The position numbers were made by a program, and so were the translations under genes. From an uncultured Gammaproteobacteria bacterium (lineage in GTDB: Bacteria; Patescibacteriota; Microgenomatia; Levybacterales; UBA12049): a DNA stretch of 64,000 nucleotides. This document shows positions 58,473 through 64,000 of the stretch, piece after piece. Position 1 is the first letter of the stretch. Each line of letters starts with the position of its first letter. The DNA lies in NCBI GenBank assembly GCA_964507055.1, contig CAZDOJ010000001.1:206793-270792 (forward strand). Direction: 5' to 3'. The notes under the pieces were generated by a model. That model was given only the letters and a program-made list of their open reading frames with translations. It had not been told where the DNA came from and did no database searches.

Positions 58473-60512
58473 TTAATCGGGTGAAATAGTTTCATCGAGG
58501 CTATTTTGTAGCTTTCCTTGAAGAGTTGCGTACTCTGACAAATGCGGAAAGACTTCATCTGCTGCATGTTTGGCTTTTTGAATTAATTCTGTATCGGAGA
58601 ATGATGCGGCTTTAAGCTTTGGTACTCCATGTTGTGCTGTGCCGTAGAGATTTCCTGCACCGCGGAGTTTCAAATCGAGTTCTGAAAGTTCGGCACCGGA
58701 ATAAATTGTTTCCAATGCTTTGAGTCGGATGCTTGTCTGATCATTTTTACTTTCGGTAAAGAGCAGACAATATGATTGTTTGTCTCCCCGACCGACTCGA
58801 CCGCGAAGTTGATGCAATTGTGCCAAACCAAATCGTTCGGAAGCTTCAATCATAATCACCGTCGCATTGGGAATATCGATACCGACTTCAACGACTGGTG
58901 TTGCGACAAGGATGTCATACTTTTTCTCTCGGAAATCATTCAAGACAGCTTCTTTTTCTTTGGCTTTTAATTTCCCATGCAACAATGCCAAACGCAAATC
59001 TGGATAGACTTCTTTACTCAATCGTTCATATTCTTGAGCAACTGCTTTTACCGTAGTCATGGATTCAGAAGGTTCGATGAACGGACAAACGATAAAGACT
59101 TGCGAACTGGTTTCGACAACTTGTTTCTTAATCCAATCATATGCCCCATCACGTTTTTCAGGTGGGACAAGCCATGTCTTTACTCTTTTTCGTCCGTGAG
59201 GCATTTCATTGAGATAGGATAAATCCAGATCTCCATACATTGTTAAAGCAACAGTTCGTGGAATTGGAGTTGCTGTCATAGTGAGCAAATGGGGATTGTC
59301 TCCTTTTTCCCTGATCATTCCTCGTTGAGCGACACCAAAGCGTTGTTGCTCATCGATACAGACAAGTCCAAGTTTGTTAAATGTGATCTTCTCAGAAAGT
59401 ACTGCATGGGTTCCGATGAGTACATCCAGATTGACGTCATCACGGATTGTCTTTTTGCTTCCAGTGGCAAGTTCGACTGTAACTCCCAACGGTTCAAGTA
59501 ATTTCTTAATCCCTTCATAATGTTGTGTTGCAAGGATTTCTGTTGGTGCCATAAGCACGGATTGGTAGCCATTTAAAAATGCTGCGTACATACTGATTGC
59601 TGCGACAATTGTTTTACCACTTCCCACATCTCCTTGGAGCAATCGGTTCATTGGCTTATCTTTTTGCATATCGTCAAAGATACTATTGATCGCCATTTGT
59701 TGTGCCTTGGTCAATGTAAATGGCAGTGAGCCGATGCAGTTGGCAATTTGCTTCTCAAACTTTGTGATCTCCATTGGTAAGCCTTTTTGCTTATCTTTCC
59801 AATCCGATCGTCTTTTATTACTTTTCAATTGCATTAAGAAGAGTTCATCAAATGCCAAGCGTTCTCGTGCTTTCTCTGCTGTTTCCAAAGACTGGGGATA
59901 ATGAATTTCCTGCATTGCCTCTGGAAATGGCATGAAACCATATTTCTTCACCACATCCTCTGGCATATATTCTTTGATAAGGTCCTTGTGCTCCGTAAGT
60001 AAACTATGAATTTGTCGTCTGAGCCATTTAGAGGTAACGCCTTGGGTTTCAGGATACACGGGCACAAGCCTTCCAGTATGGATTCCATTGCCGTCAAATG
60101 AGAGCACTTCATATTGTGGTGCTTGAATTGTAAGCTTGTTACTTCTGCCAAATGTATTGACTCTCCCCGAAACTGAAAGCAGAGCGTTGGGTAAGATCGA
60201 TTTGGTGAGGAAAGGTTGATTGAACCACGTTAATTCAATTGTTCCTGTGCCATCTGCAATGAGTGCTTTTTGCATGTTCTTGATTCGCGAACCACGCATA
60301 TAATTGGTTTTCATTTCCAGAACTTGTCCCTGGATAGTTACGGTTTCTCCTAGTCGGATGTCCGCAATTTTAGACACGACAGAATAATCTTCATAGCGGC
60401 TTGGCAAGTGAAAAAGGAAATCCATGTAAGTAAAGATTTCAAGCTTCTCAAGTCGTGATGCGTACATTTTGAGTGAGCGATTGCCTGTGGTTATGCGGGA
60501 TTGAAGATCCAT
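58473..60512 (-). CDS. recG: ATP-dependent DNA helicase RecG
   Basis: N-terminal wedge/OB domain, SF2 motifs LQGDVGSGKT (I), DEQQRFGV (II), TATPIPRT (III), QLRGRVGRG (VI); 679 aa. Confidence 0.9.
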   Translation of the reverse strand: MDLQSRITTGNRSLKMYASRLEKLEIFTYMDFLFHLPSRYEDYSVVSKIADIRLGETVTIQGQVLEMKTNYMRGSRIKNMQKALIADGTGTIELTWFNQPFLTKSILPNALLSVSGRVNTFGRSNKLTIQAPQYEVLSFDGNGIHTGRLVPVYPETQGVTSKWLRRQIHSLLTEHKDLIKEYMPEDVVKKYGFMPFPEAMQEIHYPQSLETAEKARERLAFDELFLMQLKSNKRRSDWKDKQKGLPMEITKFEKQIANCIGSLPFTLTKAQQMAINSIFDDMQKDKPMNRLLQGDVGSGKTIVAAISMYAAFLNGYQSVLMAPTEILATQHYEGIKKLLEPLGVTVELATGSKKTIRDDVNLDVLIGTHAVLSEKITFNKLGLVCIDEQQRFGVAQRGMIREKGDNPHLLTMTATPIPRTVALTMYGDLDLSYLNEMPHGRKRVKTWLVPPEKRDGAYDWIKKQVVETSSQVFIVCPFIEPSESMTTVKAVAQEYERLSKEVYPDLRLALLHGKLKAKEKEAVLNDFREKKYDILVATPVVEVGIDIPNATVIMIEASERFGLAQLHQLRGRVGRGDKQSYCLLFTESKNDQTSIRLKALETIYSGAELSELDLKLRGAGNLYGTAQHGVPKLKAASFSDTELIQKAKHAADEVFPHLSEYATLQGKLQNSLDETISPD

Positions 60513-60537
60513 GAGTCATGGATATTATAGCACTGCG

Positions 60538-60580
60538 TTGTCATCCTGAGCGAAATGAAATGAAGTCGAAGGATCTCTCA
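60538..60580 (+). repeat. copy 2 of the intergenic repeat: gtcatcctgagcgaa[atgaaatgaa]gtcgaaggatctc
   Basis: Matches the 46061-46085 element (opposite orientation) apart from a 10-nt insertion; lies between recG and tyrS. Confidence 0.4.
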
Positions 60581-60621
60581 TTTGTCGGAATTTCTTTACG
60601 CTGCGGGCTGATTATCGAACT

Positions 60622-60726
60622 TTAGAGAAGAGCGAGGTATGGGAGGAAGGATGTTGTGATCAAAGCAACTGCTGCGACTATGACTACAACTTTCCAGAAG
60701 ATTTTATGTCGATCGAACATTTCCAT
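60622..60726 (-). CDS. possible small hydrophobic peptide (34 aa: MEMFDRHKIFWKVVVIVAAVALITTSFLPYLALL)
   Basis: Hand-translated from the recG-tyrS intergenic region; single TM helix; not in the ORF track (below size cut-off). Speculative. Confidence 0.2.
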   Translation of the reverse strand: MEMFDRHKIFWKVVVIVAAVALITTSFLPYLALL

Positions 60727-60765
60727 AACAATAAGTATAAATGATTTTAGGCTTAGGATAAAGTG

Positions 60766-61950
60766 CTATTTTCCTTTTACTTTAACAAATCGTCTTTTAC
60801 CTGCACGCAATAACTTTTCTTTATCAAGCTTTATCACACTATTTGGATCTTTCATTGCTTCATTATCAATTGAAACTCCACCTTGGGCGATTAAACGTCG
60901 TGCTTCTGATTTACTTGAAGCAATTCCCGTTACCATGATGAGTTCAGTCAAAGTTATTTCTTTATTCTCTAAAACATGTTCTTTAATTTCTTCAGGTAAT
61001 TCATTCCCTTGAACTCTTTTTTCAAATGCATCTTTGGCAGCCAGTGCGTCTTTGGCGGATGTTAATTCCTCAACAATTGTTAACGCCAATTCTTTTTTGA
61101 TATGCATCGGATGCTCACCTTTCTTCAAAGCTTTTTCGGCTTCTGCAACAGTTTCAAGTGATGCATTGGTCGCAAGTGTATAGTATTGGGTTATTAATTC
61201 ATCTTTGATCGCCATTACTTTGGCATACATATCTTCGGCTGTATCATCAAGCCAAATCGCATTGCCCCATGACTTACTCATTTTTCGTCCATCAGTTCCT
61301 TCAAGAAGAACGCTGGTCATAACAAAACTATCTTTCTGGCGAAGATCTTTTTGCAGAGTTCGACCGGCTTGCATATTAAATGTTTGATCTGTTCCCCCGA
61401 TTTGGATATCTGTATCGAGATGATAACTGTCATATCCTTGCATGACTGGATACAAAAATTCGTGGAGCCCTACTCGTTTGTTTTGACTTAATCTTTTACG
61501 AATCAATTCACGTCCGACGAAATCTCCCACTGCAAAGTGTTGTGTGAGCTTCACAATATCTTCAAATGATAACTTCTTCAACCAATCGCTATTGTGAACG
61601 ACTTTTACTTTCTTAAAATCGACAACTTTTTCTGCCTGTTTTTTATAGGTTTGGAAATTCTTTTCGATTTCCTCTTTAGTCAGGACTGGGCGTTCTGTAT
61701 CCTTATCTGATGTGTCTCCGATGAGAGAGGTGAAATCTCCGATCAAGAATGTGACATTATGTCCAAGCTCTGCGAATGCATTGAGTTTGCGTAATTGTAC
61801 GGCGTGTCCCAAATGGATTTTGGTGCTTGTGGGATCGATGCCAAGATAAATATTTAATTTCCTCCCTGATTCAAGGGTTTTGCGGAGTTCTGATTTATTG
61901 GAAATGATATTTGCGACACCCCGTGTCAAAAGTTCTTCAATCTTGTCCAT
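60766..61950 (-). CDS. tyrS: tyrosine--tRNA ligase
   Basis: HIGH-class motif (TKIHLGHAV), KMSKS (RKMSKSWGNAI), C-terminal S4-like domain; 394 aa. Confidence 0.9.
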   Translation of the reverse strand: MDKIEELLTRGVANIISNKSELRKTLESGRKLNIYLGIDPTSTKIHLGHAVQLRKLNAFAELGHNVTFLIGDFTSLIGDTSDKDTERPVLTKEEIEKNFQTYKKQAEKVVDFKKVKVVHNSDWLKKLSFEDIVKLTQHFAVGDFVGRELIRKRLSQNKRVGLHEFLYPVMQGYDSYHLDTDIQIGGTDQTFNMQAGRTLQKDLRQKDSFVMTSVLLEGTDGRKMSKSWGNAIWLDDTAEDMYAKVMAIKDELITQYYTLATNASLETVAEAEKALKKGEHPMHIKKELALTIVEELTSAKDALAAKDAFEKRVQGNELPEEIKEHVLENKEITLTELIMVTGIASSKSEARRLIAQGGVSIDNEAMKDPNSVIKLDKEKLLRAGKRRFVKVKGK

Positions 61951-61968
61951 ATCATTATTTTAGCAGAA

Positions 61969-62439
61969 TTATCTGAAGTTTTTATACTTATCGGTTTGGA
62001 GTAATGCTTCGATATCTTTTTTGATTTCTTCGAGATCACTTTCATTTAATGGCTCAAACTTGTCATAAAACCCTGTGTCCAAATGTGGAAGTGAGATCGC
62101 TTCACCATATTTTTGCATTGTTGCGTCTACGGATCGTCCAAAGACATGCGTATGCACGGTAGGACCTTCTGGTTTGAAAACGCTCCAATTCCCCATCTCT
62201 TGGTAATTCACGATTCCGATTTCGATGCCTTGACGTTTCATCGCAGAAACCAATGCTTCGCCAGCAATCATCGTAAGTTTCATGTACTCAATTGCTTGTG
62301 TCCCTGACATTTGTGTTCTGTCACGCAAAGGATATTTTGATTTTACTTGAAGATGTCCCCCTTCCTTGCGACTGATATAAACATGTGGCTTTTCTGCGGA
62401 TTTAATAACGAAGTTATCTGTTTCAAAAATGATTGCCAT
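61969..62439 (-). CDS. HIT-like hydrolase family protein (divergent)
   Basis: GPTVHTHVFGR approximates the histidine-triad H-x-H-x-H-x-x motif; 156 aa. Confidence 0.45.
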   Translation of the reverse strand: MAIIFETDNFVIKSAEKPHVYISRKEGGHLQVKSKYPLRDRTQMSGTQAIEYMKLTMIAGEALVSAMKRQGIEIGIVNYQEMGNWSVFKPEGPTVHTHVFGRSVDATMQKYGEAISLPHLDTGFYDKFEPLNESDLEEIKKDIEALLQTDKYKNFR

Positions 62440-62489
62440 AAGGCTGAGTATAGCAAATTTGGGGATGTGTTTTAAGAGTTTAGTTTCGC

Positions 62490-63497
62490 TTAGTTACCTC
62501 GTTTGCTGCCTTTGACTCTGGTGTTTCGGGCAATTCCTCGGTCTCCTCCATGAGTTCTAGAGATATGTGAATCAATTTGACTTGGGCCTTGTCCTTGTGG
62601 ATGAGGTTCTTTCATTGTAATAGGCTTTTTCGCAACCCATTGCGGAGCCATGTAATCCTTTAAAGGTGTGTTCAATACTACTTTTTCGGGACCAGTTGTC
62701 GGTGCAAATGCAGGAATCATTGCTGGTTCGAAGACAGGTACAACTACTGGTACAGGCACTTCCACTCCATTGCATTCTGAAGTAACAATATCTTTGTGTC
62801 CACGAAGTGTCACATCAACTCCTCTATTATCCCCAAACATTGTGTCAAGCATTGTAACTGTATCTTCAGGGACCGGTCCATCCAAGATTCCATCGTATCG
62901 ATCTTGCAATACTTGTGGTGCAATTCCATGTTTCAAACTCATTTTTGTTAACTCATCAATCTGATCAGGAGTAAGCAAAATTTCTTTATGTTCGCCATAC
63001 AGTGTTGGGATTTCAGTAAGTCCTGCTTTATCAAGTGCTGGTCCTAGTGTGTCTGTACCATATGTTTCTGCACGTTTTGTGGCAAGTGCTTTATTTCTCC
63101 CTTGTGCTTGTTCAATTCCAAATCCTCCAGTTCTTTGACCATTTGCATCTCGTGTATCATCATCATCAGATGCTTTCCCTGCAACTTCGATAGTTACATC
63201 TTTGTATCCTGTCGCAATCATATTGGATGTTTCTGCTACGACGACTTTTGTATCACCTTCATTAACGACTTGAGGTACAGTAGCACTGTTTTCAAAGAGT
63301 CGAGCATATGGCTTATTGACAGGAATTTGCAGTTCTTTGTATTGTCTTGTCACCGCTGGAGGAGTACATACTTCTATCTTGGGTGCAGTTCCTGTTTCAT
63401 GGAGCATTCCGTTTGCAGCAAGAGTTGCTGCAACTGAAAGTGCAGTTGTTGCGACTGGGCGTGTTTTAAAACCGATAAATCTTTCTGTGTTTGGCAT
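62490..63497 (-). CDS. hypothetical protein, Thr/Pro/Val-rich C-terminal region
   Basis: 335-aa ORF. N-terminal hydrophobic stretch (ATTALSVAATLAANG) may be a signal/anchor. C-terminal PVPVVVPVFEPAMIPAFAPTTGP low-complexity segment. Confidence 0.4.
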   Translation of the reverse strand: MPNTERFIGFKTRPVATTALSVAATLAANGMLHETGTAPKIEVCTPPAVTRQYKELQIPVNKPYARLFENSATVPQVVNEGDTKVVVAETSNMIATGYKDVTIEVAGKASDDDDTRDANGQRTGGFGIEQAQGRNKALATKRAETYGTDTLGPALDKAGLTEIPTLYGEHKEILLTPDQIDELTKMSLKHGIAPQVLQDRYDGILDGPVPEDTVTMLDTMFGDNRGVDVTLRGHKDIVTSECNGVEVPVPVVVPVFEPAMIPAFAPTTGPEKVVLNTPLKDYMAPQWVAKKPITMKEPHPQGQGPSQIDSHISRTHGGDRGIARNTRVKGSKRGN

Positions 63498-63621
63498 AGT
63501 TTGAATCCTATAGCATTATAGCAGAGTTTTGCTCTAATGCAAGTTTAGATTGATTCTACAGAAGAATTGGAGATACAACTTTATAAAAAAATTACAGCTA
63601 ACTGATAATACCTTACAAAAA

Positions 63622-63652
63622 TTGACAACAGCCATATTGTATTTGGTATAAT
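63622..63652 (+). promoter_or_regulatory. putative sigma70-type promoter (TTGACA - 19 nt - TATAAT) upstream of the PBP gene
   Basis: ttgaca at ~63622-63627 and tataat at ~63647-63652, with the ATG at 63667, giving a very short leader. Confidence 0.3.
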
Positions 63653-63666
63653 AGACTCCACTTCTA

Positions 63667-64000
63667 TGGCTTTTAAAACTTCCAGAAGATTGCGAACAGG
63701 GAAAAAAGGTTTCTCCTTCGACGCTCGCAAAATGTTCACTGTCAGTAAGTTGATGAAATGGGGATTTTTCGCATTTCTCGCTTTGCTCCTTATTGTCCCG
63801 GCATTATTTCTCTGGTACAGTCGTGACCTTCCAACTCCTGGTAAATTGATTACTTCCAAATATAACGAAGCAACTCGTATCTATGATCGAAAAGGAATTT
63901 TACTTTACTCAGTTTTTGAAGATGAAAATCGTACATATGTGACATTAAATAAGATTCCAAAAGAACTGCAAGAAGCGACAATCGCTACTGAAGATGAAAC
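63667..64000 (+). CDS. class A penicillin-binding protein (transglycosylase domain; 5' partial, continues beyond window)
   Basis: Hand translation: MAFKTSRRLRTGKKG...FFAFLALLLIVPALFLWY (TM anchor) ...LNKIPKELQEATIATEDE (GT51 motif region). Not in the track because it is open-ended. Confidence 0.7.

Noticed and set aside
60656-61012. 118-aa plus-strand ORF
   Set aside because: Antisense to tyrS, which has intact HIGH/KMSKS motifs; no support.
61951-61968. T-box riboswitch upstream of tyrS
   Set aside because: Only ~18 nt separate tyrS from the upstream HIT-like gene, leaving no room for a T-box leader.
63581-63859. 92-aa minus-strand ORF
   Set aside because: Overlaps the plus-strand class-A PBP N-terminus, which has a TM anchor and a GT51-type IATEDE motif region; the PBP reading is far better supported.

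Overview
This 64-kb window is low-GC (roughly 35-40 %), densely packed and uses the standard genetic code; the long ORFs are intact, so UGA is not recoded. Most of it is housekeeping.

The recognisable housekeeping genes are:
- an ABC transporter pair at the left edge
- pyrimidine genes pyrE, pyrF and pyrD
- a cytosine-deaminase-like amidohydrolase
- argG fused to an MGS-like domain, flanked by two amidinotransferase-superfamily enzymes
- cell-envelope sugar genes (a GT2 polyprenol-phosphate glycosyltransferase and UDP-glucuronate decarboxylase)
- folD
- the gyrB-ppa-gyrA block
- an HD hydrolase
- rarA
- two tandem MFS-like transporters
- holB
- trmD, the KH-domain protein and rpsP
- rnc, nusB, rpmF, recG and tyrS
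- the start of a class-A PBP at the right edge

A large type IV pilus locus is also present: pilB, pilT and pilC; an orphan receiver domain; a GAF histidine kinase; pilD; five pilin-like genes; a PilX-like gene; and pilM, pilN and pilO. The locus is split by about 10 kb of AT-rich accessory DNA (roughly 34.5-44.5 kb). That accessory segment carries a GH1 beta-glucosidase, a GT2-like gene, a toxin-antitoxin/defence-like cluster, a SET-domain protein next to a PLP decarboxylase, and several hypothetical genes.

Three gene sets look like uncharacterised systems:
1. A trio of tandem unknown genes embedded in the pyrimidine cluster (3261-6618). They share a near-identical acidic C-terminal peptide, and two of them share 29 identical nucleotides at the 3' end.
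2. An AT-rich three-gene cassette (53436-55591) inserted on the opposite strand inside the otherwise conserved rpsP/KH/trmD operon. It encodes a 454-aa protein with a C-terminal PD-(D/E)xK-like motif and two paralogous small proteins.
3. A module cluster at 37.3-40.4 kb with three paralogous ~75-95-aa proteins, each next to a DNA-binding protein, plus a nucleoside 2-deoxyribosyltransferase-like::RHH fusion.

The gene content and style (T4P, many small hypotheticals, fused or minimal metabolism) suggest a Patescibacteria/CPR-like or similarly reduced bacterium. That is an inference, not a database result.

I found no rRNA, tRNA, CRISPR array, transposase or integrase. Coordinates follow the supplied ORF track, adjusted by whole codons where an internal ATG is the more plausible start; hand-read positions may be off by 1-2 nt. 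The ORF track evidently accepts TTG/GTG as 'M' starts.
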